Positions 10,201 through 19,627 of a stretch of DNA of 64,000 bases are shown here, piece by piece. Location of the stretch: IMG/VR virus record IMGVR_UViG_3300006028_000001, positions 33,470 through 97,469 of that record. The stretch is one strand, 5' to 3'. The translations under genes and the position numbers were made by a program. The notes under the pieces are model-generated. The model had not been told where the DNA came from. It did not search any database and was given only the letters and a program-made list of their open reading frames with translations. Numbering within the stretch: the first letter of the stretch is position 1; every line of letters begins with the position of its first letter. The DNA comes from a virus.

Positions 10201-11042
10201 CGCTGTATCCCGGCGACGGCGCGGGCCTGCGCGGCTACGCCGACGGCGGCGTTGTCGGTGCGCTGAAGGGCGCCGCATCCGGGTTGTGGGACCTGTTCAC
10301 CGACCCGGCCAAGTTGGTCAAGGGACCAATCAACGCCCTAATCAATTCGATCCCCGGCGCGGGCATCGTCCGGGACATGGTGAGCGGTGGGGCGCATCGG
10401 TTGCTCGACGGACTCATCCACTGGATCACCGGCACCGGCGGCGGCAACGCAGGCTCGGCAATGACCTTTCTGAAAGGCCAGGTCGGCAAGCCCTACATTT
10501 GGGACTCGGCCGGCCCCGACGGATACGACTGCTCCGGCCTGGTCAGCGCCGTATACCTGGCCGCCCAGGGCAAGAACCCGTTCAACCACCTGTTCTCCAC
10601 CTCCGACGAGGCGCGATACTTCCCGATCGGCGGTCCTGGCGGCATCCTCACCGCCGGCTGGACCAACCCCGGCGAATCCGGACCCGGTGGCAACTCGGTC
10701 GGGCACACCGCCGGTGTCCTGATGGGCATGCCGTTCGAATCCGCCGGCGGTGTCGGGGTGCGCATCGGCTCCGGCGTAACGCCGGTGTCGGCCTTCGCCC
10801 ACGTCGGGCACTTCGATCACGGCGGCGCGCTGTACCCCGGCTGGAACGCCATCTACAACGGGACCCACGGCGTGGAACACGTCGCCGACCCCAACCGGCC
10901 GGCCGGCGGCGGCACCGTCGTGTTCGACCTGCGCGGCAGCCAGGTCATGTCCGATCGGGACATGGACCTGCTCATCGACAAGATTGACCGGCGACTGGTC
11001 CGCACCATGCTGCCGGCGGCCGGGGTGCAGGTGCGGCGCTGA
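7233..11042 (+). CDS. Tape measure protein with C-terminal NlpC/P60 domain
   Basis: 1269 aa, Ala-rich helical; TP901-like core; Trp repeats (WLWHNVIEP); GKPYIWDSAGPDGYDCSGLV plus downstream His. Confidence 0.95.
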   Translation: MDDITLLLVLEARDKATQILDTITKRVNGYGDATKAASAQASRSATEIEAANTRAAAASASYDRATKASAEAQAGLKDAMLASKAAQLEAAAAAREGSASVAAAQKLVTESADAEEAALVRVQKAEQLAATRSKELAEAQAATAASVEKGGSALKTAGVAAGATAIAVGYIGVKSIEAAADYQSSTTRLVTSAGEQQSALDSVRQGMLQMAGQVGYSTDALSTAMYKVESGGQHGAAGLEVLRAAAEGAKTENANLETVADAVTSALVDYHLKASDAATVTSKMVAATSAGKTTFEQLSASFSAILPVASAAHVSLDDILGDLASMTVHGMSAQQASQNLADTIRHMQNPTAVQSKELALLGMTTTQLADDLKTKGLSGTLNDISNHVMKLIPPGSDKVIGNLKTALNGLNPAVRELAMHLFDGSMTAKQYSQAAQALDPISAKQALSFGTLAGSMHRIGDQQMTGAQVMQTYGAALAKATGDATGLNTMLMLSGENAGVTAGAIKTVSSATAEAGNHVKGWSEIQGTFNQKLAQAKGSLEAAKISIGTGLLPAVTALAGGIVKVITPVASWMAKHQSLSAIILGSIGILAVLVVAIWAINTALAAMTAIPVVAIIVGIVAAVAALVAGVIYAYNHWGWFKTAVLDTWNAIKVAALFVWHDVLEPAFKGIAAVATWLWANVLKPVFEGAVALWRDVLAPVVMWLWHNIIEPAFKGIQIEIQVAWAVIRTIFEFISAVVRDVLAPVFLWLWHNVIEPVWQGIQIAVSIAWALIQVIWGLMQIEIKILAAIFTWLWHEVLEPVWQGISAVISWAWNNIIKPLWAGMKIELRLLGDAFTWLWHNLIEPVWNGIRDTITAVWNNGIRPVFNFFKDIIKNDVAPAFSAGVSAIAAAWNGVLEVAKAPVRFVVNTVLNDGLLGAYNWIASKFGVKPDNVHVSLPAGFAAGGRIPGADSHADNMLAMVATGEHIMPTARTRKWLPILESIRLHDRLPLYPGDGAGLRGYADGGVVGALKGAASGLWDLFTDPAKLVKGPINALINSIPGAGIVRDMVSGGAHRLLDGLIHWITGTGGGNAGSAMTFLKGQVGKPYIWDSAGPDGYDCSGLVSAVYLAAQGKNPFNHLFSTSDEARYFPIGGPGGILTAGWTNPGESGPGGNSVGHTAGVLMGMPFESAGGVGVRIGSGVTPVSAFAHVGHFDHGGALYPGWNAIYNGTHGVEHVADPNRPAGGGTVVFDLRGSQVMSDRDMDLLIDKIDRRLVRTMLPAAGVQVRR

Positions 11043-11090
11043 CCGTACCGACATCCTGAGGAGCGCACGAACGGGCGGCGGGGAGGCGGG

Positions 11091-12461
11091 GTGTCGCAGC
11101 AACTGCAACTGCTCGTCGGCGGCGCCGACCTCACCCCGTACGTGGAGCAGGACGCCTGGTCGATCACACAGCAATGGTCACGGCAAGGCGACACCGCCAC
11201 GTTTGAGCTCACCGACGAACACCCGGTGCACGGCGCCCTCAGTTTCGTCCCGACCCCGCTGACCACCGTTGTCCTCACCGACGTCGGCCTTGGACAAACC
11301 CTGTTCAGCGGCATCTGCGAGAAGCCGGAGGTCCGGTTCGACGGCCCCACCCTGGCCCGCTGGACGTTGGACTGCGTCGACTGGACATACCTGTCCGACC
11401 GGCCCAGCAACCTTGTCGTTGGCGACTACAGCGGCTACACCGCCGACGCCCTCGCCGTCCTCATCACCACCCAGGCCAACTGCGGCATCAACGCCGCCAC
11501 TGTCGCCAACGGCGGCTACGTGTGGCCGGCAGTGCAGATCCCCCGGATCCAGTTCGTGTACGACACGCTGACGGTCGCCTGGACGAAGCTGTCCAAGCTG
11601 GCGTCACTGTCCACCACCTGGGGCTGGTACGTCGACGAAAACCGCAACCTGCACTTCTACGACCTCACCCAGGCACCCAGCGCCGGCGTCACCCTGACCG
11701 ACTCCATCGGGGCCGTCAACAACACCACAATCGTGCCGTACGACAACGACTCCATGACCTACGAATGGGACGCCACCAGCCTGCGTAACGTCGTCACCGT
11801 CCGCGGCGCCGACTACTCCAGCAGCCAAACCGACCTGTGGGTCGGCAACGGCTCGCAACTCAGCTTCCCGCTGACGTTCGTGCCGGACGCCAACAACATC
11901 GCCACCGCCACGCTGACCGTCGGCGGTGTCGCGGCGACCGTGTCGGCCGACACCGGATCCAGCGCCTCCACCGACTGGATCGTGCAGGGCAACGCCGCCA
12001 ACCAGTGGTTCCTGTCCGCCAACCAGGCGCTCACCCCACCGACCGCGGCACCGGCCACCTCGACCGTCATCTCCTTGGCCTACCCGTACCTGCAGCCGGT
12101 GGTGGCCCGCACTCAGGACTCGACGTCGATCGCCGCGTTCGCCAGCCTGCCCAACGCCGGGCAGTTCGCCTACTACATCGGCGACACGTCCCTGCCGACA
12201 CTGCTGTCCGCGGTGCAACGTGGGCAGCGTGAGGTGGCCACCTACTCGCTGCCGACCGAGCGGGCCAACCTGACCATCCCGGAAACCTTCACCGGGCATG
12301 TCCGCGCCGGGCAGCTCGTCACCTTCGTCAACGCGATGGTCCCCGACTCGCGCAACGGCTACGCCTCCGGGGTCAGCGATCAGTTCCTGATCCTCCAGAA
12401 CCGGATCACCGGCGCCGCCGGGCTGTACCGCACCTACGGCATCACCGCCGTCCGCGTCTGA
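11091..12461 (+). CDS. Tail tip/baseplate hub protein
   Basis: Follows TMP; WYVDENRNLHFY, LRNVVTVRG, RAGQLVTF motifs of hub-like minor tail proteins. Confidence 0.7.
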   Translation: MSQQLQLLVGGADLTPYVEQDAWSITQQWSRQGDTATFELTDEHPVHGALSFVPTPLTTVVLTDVGLGQTLFSGICEKPEVRFDGPTLARWTLDCVDWTYLSDRPSNLVVGDYSGYTADALAVLITTQANCGINAATVANGGYVWPAVQIPRIQFVYDTLTVAWTKLSKLASLSTTWGWYVDENRNLHFYDLTQAPSAGVTLTDSIGAVNNTTIVPYDNDSMTYEWDATSLRNVVTVRGADYSSSQTDLWVGNGSQLSFPLTFVPDANNIATATLTVGGVAATVSADTGSSASTDWIVQGNAANQWFLSANQALTPPTAAPATSTVISLAYPYLQPVVARTQDSTSIAAFASLPNAGQFAYYIGDTSLPTLLSAVQRGQREVATYSLPTERANLTIPETFTGHVRAGQLVTFVNAMVPDSRNGYASGVSDQFLILQNRITGAAGLYRTYGITAVRV

Positions 12462-12481
12462 CCCAAGGGGACGGTGCCGCC

Positions 12482-13441
12482 GTGGCGTTGCGCGCCTTGA
12501 CCCTGGTTGACATTCTCGCCCAGCTGGTCACCGAGTCCGGCTCGGATGTGCCGTTCAACGCCAACGAGGTGGTCAACCAGTCCACCGCCGACTTCGAAAC
12601 GCTGCTGTTGACCGGTGAAACCCTGACCGCCACCACCGGCACCGACTACCCGGTCAACATCTGCCAGGACGCCGGCCCGGTCGCCTACTGGCGGCTGGAC
12701 GACCCGGTGGCCAGCGCCACCGCCTATGACTCCAACCCGTGGGCCAACACCACCTACCCGAAGGTGCCGGCGTCGGTGAACGGCACTGTCACATTCGGCA
12801 CCACCGGGGCGATGAACGGATCCACCGGCGCCACCTTCAACGGCAGTACCGGATACCTGGAGGTCGCCAACACGACGTCGCTGCAGCGGGTCAACGACCT
12901 CACCATCGAGTTCTGGCTCAAGGTGTCCAGCCTCGCCGCCGCGCAGGTGATCGTGTCGAAAGGCACCACCGGCGAATACCACGTGCTGCTCAACACCAAC
13001 GGATCCATTTCGCTCCTGATGGGACCCGCCTACAACACCGTCGTCATTCCCGCCGCGTCCATCACCGCCGGCACCTGGTTTCACGTGGCGATCGTCCGCA
13101 CCCTGGTCGGCAAGACGGTCAACGCCTACCTCAACGGCGTCAACAAGTTCTCCGGCACCTACACCACCGTCCCGTCGACCACCACCAACGTGCTACGCAT
13201 CGGCGCCACCTCCCCCACCGCCGGCTCCTTCTACAGCGGGGTGCTCGACGAGGTGGCCCTCTACTGGCGCGCCCTGTCCGCCACCCAGGTCGCCAACCAC
13301 TACACGTGGGGCACCGCCAGCGACGTCACATCCAGCGGCTACGGCCGCGGCAAGTACGGCTACGTGCAGTACCCACTCCCGGGGGCGGTCGCCGGCGCCG
13401 TCTACGGCACCGCCGTCTACGGAACGGACGCCTACTCCTGA
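12482..13441 (+). CDS. Minor tail protein with LamG/ConA-like domain
   Basis: PVAYWRLDD, TIEFW, WFHVAIV, YLNG, GVLDEVALYWRALS. Confidence 0.85.
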   Translation: MALRALTLVDILAQLVTESGSDVPFNANEVVNQSTADFETLLLTGETLTATTGTDYPVNICQDAGPVAYWRLDDPVASATAYDSNPWANTTYPKVPASVNGTVTFGTTGAMNGSTGATFNGSTGYLEVANTTSLQRVNDLTIEFWLKVSSLAAAQVIVSKGTTGEYHVLLNTNGSISLLMGPAYNTVVIPAASITAGTWFHVAIVRTLVGKTVNAYLNGVNKFSGTYTTVPSTTTNVLRIGATSPTAGSFYSGVLDEVALYWRALSATQVANHYTWGTASDVTSSGYGRGKYGYVQYPLPGAVAGAVYGTAVYGTDAYS

Positions 13442-14187
13442 TGAGCCAACCGACCGCCCGCGCGGCCGACAGTCTGGCCTGCCACGGGCGCATCACCCTG
13501 CGCCTGTATGACGCCCAAACCCGGCTGCTGGTGGCGCAGCGCCGCGTTGACAACCTGATCGTCACCTCGGGCCTGTCAGTGCTCGCCACCGCCCTGAACT
13601 ACGGGCTGATCGCAAGCCGCAACACCACGTGGGGCAATCCGTACGCCACCCCCGGCGACACCTACGGCGCGGTCGGCACCTCCACCACTCCGGCCGCGTC
13701 GGGGCAGACGTCGCTGGTCGCCGAGGTTGGCCGGGCGGTGGTGTCCAACGCCGCGGTCGCATCCGCGGTGCTCACCTACGACGCGTTCTTCCCCACCTCG
13801 CTGGGCAACGGCATCCTCAACGAGGTCGGCTGGCTCGGCTCGGCCAACCTGCTCACCCCGTCGCTGACTTCCGCGGTCAACTCCGGGTCCACCTACACCA
13901 CCCTCGCGGTGCAGCAGGTGGTCGGTGTCATTCCGTCGTCGGCGACGCTGATCCTCGGCTACGGCACCGGCACCACCCAGACGGTGACCACCACGGCGCA
14001 GGCCAACCCGGGTGACACGTCCATCGCGGTGTCGAGCTTCACCGCGGCTGCCAGTTTTGCCGCTGGTTCGCTTGTCGCCTACGCCCCCGGCACCTTGATT
14101 GACCGGGCGGTGCTCGGCTCGCCGGTGACGAAAACAGCGGCGCAGACCATGACCCTCGAACTGCAGATCACCCTGGCCGCCGGCTGA
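13441..14187 (+). CDS. Minor tail protein
   Basis: NLIVTSGL, AVGT, LVAEVGR, NG.LNEVG motifs of tail-collar-like proteins; TGATG overlaps at both ends. Confidence 0.75.
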   Translation: MSQPTARAADSLACHGRITLRLYDAQTRLLVAQRRVDNLIVTSGLSVLATALNYGLIASRNTTWGNPYATPGDTYGAVGTSTTPAASGQTSLVAEVGRAVVSNAAVASAVLTYDAFFPTSLGNGILNEVGWLGSANLLTPSLTSAVNSGSTYTTLAVQQVVGVIPSSATLILGYGTGTTQTVTTTAQANPGDTSIAVSSFTAAASFAAGSLVAYAPGTLIDRAVLGSPVTKTAAQTMTLELQITLAAG

Positions 14188-14507
14188 TGGAGGACCCGTT
14201 GCCGCTCACCCCCACGCCGGGCGCCGCGCCGCTGCCGCCGGCGGTGCCGCCGCTGGACCAGGACTTCGACCACGCCTGTCGTGAGTTGGGCCGGGCACTG
14301 CTGTACGTGGCGCAACTGTCGAGCCTGCTGAAGGATCGGGCCGCGGAGGCCAACCGGCTAGACGACGACCTGCAGGCGGCGCGGCTCCGCATCCAGGAGC
14401 TGGAACGCGACAACCAGACGCTGCGCGGACAGCTTGAGGTGGCCGAGGCGGCGCTCGAGGTGCTGCCGATGGCGCCGCGGCGTGACAGCGGGGCGGTGAG
14501 CGGCTGA
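14187..14507 (+). CDS. Coiled-coil hypothetical protein
   Basis: Coupled overlaps; heptad pattern. Confidence 0.55.
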   Translation: MEDPLPLTPTPGAAPLPPAVPPLDQDFDHACRELGRALLYVAQLSSLLKDRAAEANRLDDDLQAARLRIQELERDNQTLRGQLEVAEAALEVLPMAPRRDSGAVSG

Positions 14508-15304
14508 TGGCCCTGTATCAGGTCAACACCGGCGGGACCGTTCAGGCCGCCGACGTCAACCAGTACTACAACCTGCTGACCGGCGCGACCACGGACCAGC
14601 CGGTCACCATCGCCAACCGCATCCGCGCCACCAACACCGGCGCATCCACCAACTCCGGCTACATGGGCGGCGTGTCCGGGGCCGCGCCCACGTCGGGAAC
14701 GTTCGCAACCGGTGATCTGGTGATCGACCAGAAAGGCCCCATCTGGGTGTGCACCGCCGGCGGCACCCCCGGCACCTGGTCGGCCAACGGGCTGGTGCTC
14801 ATCTCGCGGCAGACTCTCGGCGCCGACGCCGCGTCGATCACCTTCTCCTCGATCCCGACAACCTTCACCCACCTACGCCTAATGGGCCAGGTCCGGTCCA
14901 CCACCGCCGCCACATCCGATGTGCTGGTCACCCGGCTCAACTCCGACACCGGCAACAACTACGACTTCACCACCACGGTGTGGAACGACGTGGCCACACC
15001 GGGCACCGCGTCGGTCGGCAGCGGTGGCCTGACCAGCGGCATGCGCATCGCCCCCGCCATCCCCGCCGCGTCGGCGACCGCCTCCTTCTTCGGCCACATC
15101 ACCGCAGACGTGCCGCACTACTCCGACGCCACCAACAACCGGATGAAGGGCGTCATGTGCCAGTCCGTCAACCAGGGATTCGTCATCGGGTTCGGATTCG
15201 GCGAGTGGGTCCCGGCCACCCCAACGGCGGTCACCGCCATCCAGCTGTACTGCAACGCCAACCTCAAGGCCGGATCCTCGGTGTCGCTGTACGGGATTCC
15301 CTGA
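14507..15304 (+). CDS. Tail fibre/receptor-binding-like protein
   Basis: WVCTAGGTPGTW; ASITFSSIP..FTHLRL...GSSVSLYGI C-terminal domain common in actinophage tail proteins. Confidence 0.7.
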   Translation: MALYQVNTGGTVQAADVNQYYNLLTGATTDQPVTIANRIRATNTGASTNSGYMGGVSGAAPTSGTFATGDLVIDQKGPIWVCTAGGTPGTWSANGLVLISRQTLGADAASITFSSIPTTFTHLRLMGQVRSTTAATSDVLVTRLNSDTGNNYDFTTTVWNDVATPGTASVGSGGLTSGMRIAPAIPAASATASFFGHITADVPHYSDATNNRMKGVMCQSVNQGFVIGFGFGEWVPATPTAVTAIQLYCNANLKAGSSVSLYGIP

Positions 15305-16860
15305 TGGGCGGCGTTCTGCGCCGTGCCGCCGCCGCTGCCGCGGTAACGCTTCTCGGCCTCAGCTCGGGGTGCGCCACCCTCGACCGTCAAGGGACATGGG
15401 CGGTCACACCCTGCCCCTCGGCTGCGGTGCCGGATCTGACCGGTGACGGCGTAGCTGACTTGGCCGGCAACGACGGAAACAACGCGCTGCACTACTACCG
15501 CGGCGACGGCCATGCCGGACTGACCGACGCCGGCACCGCCTGGGCCGGGTTCGGCCCGTGGTGGGGCTACACCCGCATCACCGTCGCCGACTTCAACGGC
15601 GACGGTCACGCTGACATCGCCGGGGTCGACCCGTACGGGGACCTGCGGGTGTTCTTCGGCGACGGCAACGGTCACTGGTTCGGCGGCCAGTTGATGTGGC
15701 CAGCCGGCGGCAACTGGACCAACTTCAAGTACCTCGCGGCCGGCGATTTCAACAGCGACGGCAAGGCCGACATCGTCTCCTACGCCGATGACGGCAACCC
15801 CCGCCTCTTCGCCGGCGACGGCGCCGGACACGTCACCGGGCCGCCGACGATGGGTCTGCCCGCGGGTGCGTTCACCGGCTTCGCCGACATCGTCGCCGGG
15901 GACTTCAACGGCGACGGGCTGTGGGACATCGCCGCCGTCAACGCCTCACATGATCTGGGCCTGTACCTGGGCGACGGCACCGGCCACCTGACCGCCGTTG
16001 GTGCTGGCGTACTGATGTGGCCGGGCGGCGGCCAGTTCACGCGCCGCATCGCCGCCGGTGACTACAACGGCGATGGATTCCTGGACGTCGCGCAGATCAC
16101 CGCGTCCGGCGCGCTGGCGTTGTACGCCGGGGACGGCACCGGTCACCTGCGTACCGGCACCGGTCAGCCCGCCACCATGTCCACGCCTGGGGTGTGGTGG
16201 ACCAACCACCGGCCGGCCGGCACCCCGTCGTCGGGTTGCTGGCAGGGCCGCACCGTCATCATGCCGCTGGGGGATTCCATCACCTACGGCACCGCGTCCA
16301 GCACCGGCGACGGGTACCGCGCGCCGCTGGCCACCCTGCTGGGCGGGTCCGCGCCGATGGGCTCCGGCTGGCTGTACGAAGGATCCATCAACTCCGGCAG
16401 CTCCTTCTGGTCGCACGAGGGCCACGGCGGCTACACCATCGACCAGCTCAACGCCGGGCTGTCGGGGTGGCTGCCCGCGGCGGGTAACGCCCGCCTGCCG
16501 GTGAACCTGATCCTGCTAGACGCCGGCACCAACGACTCGGAGCAGAACCGCACCGGCGCGCAGATGCTCACGTCGATGTCGACCCTGCTGGACAGCGTTC
16601 ACACCGCCGACCCGGCGGCGCGGGTGCTGGTCGCGCAGATCACCATCACCGGCCTGGACACCCCGGCGCAACAACAGGCGGAGCAGGACTTCGACAACGG
16701 CCTACCGGCCCTGGCCGCCGCCAAGGGCACGTGGGTACGGACGGTGGACATGCGCGGTGTGGCCCTGTCCGGTGACCAGCTGCACCCGGGTGACGCCGGC
16801 TACCAGGACATGGCGGGCCGCTGGTACGCGGCGCTCATGACCGCTGGGTGGTTGCCGTAG
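15304..16860 (+). CDS. Predicted lipoprotein: FG-GAP/VCBS repeats plus SGNH hydrolase
   Basis: Signal peptide with lipobox LSSG|C; five D(F/L/Y)(N/T)xDGxxD repeats; PLGDSIT, GHGG, GTND, DQLHP blocks. Confidence 0.85.
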   Translation: MGGVLRRAAAAAAVTLLGLSSGCATLDRQGTWAVTPCPSAAVPDLTGDGVADLAGNDGNNALHYYRGDGHAGLTDAGTAWAGFGPWWGYTRITVADFNGDGHADIAGVDPYGDLRVFFGDGNGHWFGGQLMWPAGGNWTNFKYLAAGDFNSDGKADIVSYADDGNPRLFAGDGAGHVTGPPTMGLPAGAFTGFADIVAGDFNGDGLWDIAAVNASHDLGLYLGDGTGHLTAVGAGVLMWPGGGQFTRRIAAGDYNGDGFLDVAQITASGALALYAGDGTGHLRTGTGQPATMSTPGVWWTNHRPAGTPSSGCWQGRTVIMPLGDSITYGTASSTGDGYRAPLATLLGGSAPMGSGWLYEGSINSGSSFWSHEGHGGYTIDQLNAGLSGWLPAAGNARLPVNLILLDAGTNDSEQNRTGAQMLTSMSTLLDSVHTADPAARVLVAQITITGLDTPAQQQAEQDFDNGLPALAAAKGTWVRTVDMRGVALSGDQLHPGDAGYQDMAGRWYAALMTAGWLP

Positions 16861-17042
16861 CTCACCACTGCCCGTCCCACCACTCTTCCGGCGGCTCCGG
16901 CAACCGACGCTGATCACCGGAGTCGACGGCCTTGTCGGTGTCGTCGACCTGCCGGTCGGGTTGAGTACGCAGCCAGTGGTGGCACGGCGGTGACGGGCAC
17001 AGCGACGAGTCCATGTCCGGTCAACGACGGAAGGACGCCACC

Positions 17043-17960
17043 GTGACCAACGCACCCGCTGACCTGCTGACCGTCCGCGCCCGGATCATGGCCATCACGG
17101 GTCTCACCGACCCGGCCGAGGTGGGCATCGTCGGCGACGGCATGCACGCCCGCACCGGTGGCTACCACGAAGGCCGCGACGTGCTGGCCGCACTCGGTGT
17201 GCTCAGCACGGACTACTCAGTCGCCGAATACGCCCGGGACCGGGCCGGCCTGACCGCCTCGGCATCCGCGCTGGACATCGCGCTGGCGTGGCCGAACGGT
17301 GGCCGCCCGGCCGCGATCCGGTGGACCAACCTGCTCGTCGCGGACCTGCTCGCCGGCACACCCGGCACCGAGGTGCTGCGCGCGATGAACTACAGCCCCG
17401 ACGGCACCCTGAAGCGGCGGCGGGACAAGCGCAGCGGCCTGGTCGAGGAGATCAGCTCCGACAGCGTCGACATCCACACCCACTTCGAGTTCTTCCGGGA
17501 CACCGAAGGGCAACGCGCCGGCGCGTTCTGCGACCTGCTGATCCGGCGCGCGCGGCAGGCCATCACCGGAACCGACCCCGACCAGCCGACGACAGGAGAC
17601 GACATGCCCCAGGACAGCGGCGATCTGCCGGTCGGGTTCGCCATCGACGAACACGACGCCTGGATCGACACCGCGAAGGCCGTCGCGGTGGCGCCGCCGG
17701 CGGTTGGGCCGAAGGCGGCCGGCGGCTGGGGTCCGGCGTGGTTCTACGCCGCCGGAACAGGCGACGCCACGGTGCGGTACGGCTGCTACCCGTCCGGGTT
17801 GTGGCGCGACGCGCACGTCAACCTGACCGCCCCCACCGACCCGAAGGATCACGGCCTGCCCGACGGCACAACGCTGGTGCTGATCGCCCGCAAGCGGACC
17901 TCGGCCACCGACACCGCCGACGCCGTGCCGGTTCGGTGGCGCATCCAGTACGGCACCTGA
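17043..17960 (+). CDS. Endolysin, putative Zn-peptidase (M15-like) N-terminal domain
   Basis: GIVGD..H...GYH, RD...ASALDI, HTHFEFFRD; position after tail genes; GAAGGA RBS. Confidence 0.7.
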   Translation: MTNAPADLLTVRARIMAITGLTDPAEVGIVGDGMHARTGGYHEGRDVLAALGVLSTDYSVAEYARDRAGLTASASALDIALAWPNGGRPAAIRWTNLLVADLLAGTPGTEVLRAMNYSPDGTLKRRRDKRSGLVEEISSDSVDIHTHFEFFRDTEGQRAGAFCDLLIRRARQAITGTDPDQPTTGDDMPQDSGDLPVGFAIDEHDAWIDTAKAVAVAPPAVGPKAAGGWGPAWFYAAGTGDATVRYGCYPSGLWRDAHVNLTAPTDPKDHGLPDGTTLVLIARKRTSATDTADAVPVRWRIQYGT

Positions 17961-17962
17961 CC

Positions 17963-18373
17963 GTGCAACCCCTGCGGCGCCTCGGCCGGCATGTGGGCCG
18001 CCGCGGCGCCTACCTTCTGTTCCTGGCGCTGCTGGACATCACCGTCGCCTACTCGTTGACCCAGCCGTTGCCACTCGGGCTGACCCGCGGGCAGGTGTAC
18101 CGGCCGTTCACCGACCTCGCCCCATTCGCCGTGTGGGTGTGGACGTGGGCCGGCGTAGGGCTGCTCGCCTTCGCCGCCGCGTTCGTCCACGGCCTGCGCG
18201 TTGCCGTGTTCGGGGCGGCGGCCCTGATGAAGGTGGCGTGGGCGGCCGGGTACCTGTCCGGCTGGGTGTCCGGCTATCCGCTGTATACCCGCGGCTACCA
18301 GACCGCGGCCATCTATGTCGCGTTCGCCGCGGTCACGCTGATCGTGTCGGGATGGCGGGAGAACAGCCAGTGA
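17963..18373 (+). CDS. Multi-pass membrane protein (lysis cassette)
   Basis: About four hydrophobic segments; immediately after endolysin. Confidence 0.65.
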   Translation: MQPLRRLGRHVGRRGAYLLFLALLDITVAYSLTQPLPLGLTRGQVYRPFTDLAPFAVWVWTWAGVGLLAFAAAFVHGLRVAVFGAAALMKVAWAAGYLSGWVSGYPLYTRGYQTAAIYVAFAAVTLIVSGWRENSQ

Positions 18374-18891
18374 ACGGCGGCACCGTCACCGCGGTCGTGT
18401 CCGGCTTCGCCGCGGTCGTAGTCGCCGTCATCGCCATGGTGTCCGCGCGCGCGGTGGCCCGGGCGCAGGCCGACAACACCCGCCGACTGGCCGAAGCCGA
18501 AGCCGCCCGCAAACGCGAGGAGGCCGAGCGGGAGCAGGCCCGAGCCCGGGTCGAGATCGAAGCGAAAGCCTACGAGCGGGCGCGGGAGTCCTACGAGCGG
18601 ATCGTCAAAGATCTCGAAGGGCAGTTGGAGAGAAACCAGCGCACCGTGGAACGCATCCAGGACCAGTTGGACCGGATGGCGATCCGGCTGGCCGACGAGC
18701 AGACCCAGAAAGCCGGCCTGCAGGATCAGGTGGATTCGATGCGGCGGCAGATGGACGAGCTGCGCCGGGAAAACGAGCAGTTCCGGGCGATCATCGCCGA
18801 GCATCAGAAGATCAGTGGGACGCTGGCGGCGGACCTGCGCCGGGCTGGTGCGGCGTTGCCGCCGGATCTGACCCCCGGACCCGCCGCGTAG
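18370..18891 (+). CDS. N-terminal TM plus coiled-coil protein (lysis cassette)
   Basis: GTGA overlap; TM followed by long heptad region. Confidence 0.7.
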   Translation: MNGGTVTAVVSGFAAVVVAVIAMVSARAVARAQADNTRRLAEAEAARKREEAEREQARARVEIEAKAYERARESYERIVKDLEGQLERNQRTVERIQDQLDRMAIRLADEQTQKAGLQDQVDSMRRQMDELRRENEQFRAIIAEHQKISGTLAADLRRAGAALPPDLTPGPAA

Positions 18892-18990
18892 CCGACCGGC
18901 GACGTTACGTGTCCGCGACGTACGCTTGGGTCGCCCCGCTCCGGACCCCGGCGGGGGTGCACGTCCGCCCCCGGCACCGGGAGGCACCCG

Positions 18991-19233
18991 ATGCGCATCG
19001 GCCCCAGACTGGACGCATCGGTCGGACCCCCACCGCTGTCCCGCAGGGAACGGCAGGTCGCCGACCTGGTCGCGGAGGGGTTGACGGACCGGGCCATCGC
19101 CGCCCAGCTGGGGGTGTCGGCGCGCACCGCCGAATCGCATGTGGCGCGGATCCTGACCAAACTCGGGGTGGCCAACCGGGTGCAGGTCGCCACCTGGGTG
19201 CTGCGGATGCGTGGCGCCGCCGAGGCGGCCTGA
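18991..19233 (+). CDS. Stand-alone LuxR-family HTH protein
   Basis: LSRRERQVADLVAEGLTDRAIAAQLGVSARTAESHVARILTKLG. Confidence 0.9.
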   Translation: MRIGPRLDASVGPPPLSRRERQVADLVAEGLTDRAIAAQLGVSARTAESHVARILTKLGVANRVQVATWVLRMRGAAEAA

Positions 19234-19234
19234 A

Positions 19235-19558
19235 CTACCGCCGGTCGCTGCTCGGGTCGTAGGCGCGCGGCGCCAGTTCGTGCCACAGGTCATCCGGCCG
19301 GATCGCCTTGATGAGGCCGACCGCCACCTTGGCTTTGTCCTCGTGCAGAAACGCCCACCCGCCGACCGCCTCGGTCACCGACGAGTCGACGTACCAGCGG
19401 CCGTCGTCGAGCCGGCCGAGCGTCAGGTAGCCCTCGAACGCCGGATGGTCGCCGGGATGGTGCCAGCGGGCCAGTGGCTGCTTGCCGAACTGCCGCGCCA
19501 GGTCGATCTGGACACCGCCGGGCATCGGCGGCTGCACCCGATAGTCGTGCCCGCTCAT
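19235..19558 (-). CDS. Hypothetical protein
   Basis: Protein-like composition; converges on luxR stop. Confidence 0.55.
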   Translation of the reverse strand: MSGHDYRVQPPMPGGVQIDLARQFGKQPLARWHHPGDHPAFEGYLTLGRLDDGRWYVDSSVTEAVGGWAFLHEDKAKVAVGLIKAIRPDDLWHELAPRAYDPSSDRR

Positions 19559-19627
19559 CCACGCGATCGTACGCGCGTACCAAACGTGACTGATTCATTC
19601 CCTCAATCACTCATCTACGAGGTGACC

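Noticed and set aside
10731-10750. GTTCGAATCC T-loop-like sequence (also RC at ~27471)
   Set aside because: Inside coding sequence, with no tRNA stems around it
12482-15304. Diversity-generating retroelement target
   Set aside because: No reverse transcriptase or TR/VR pair seen in the window
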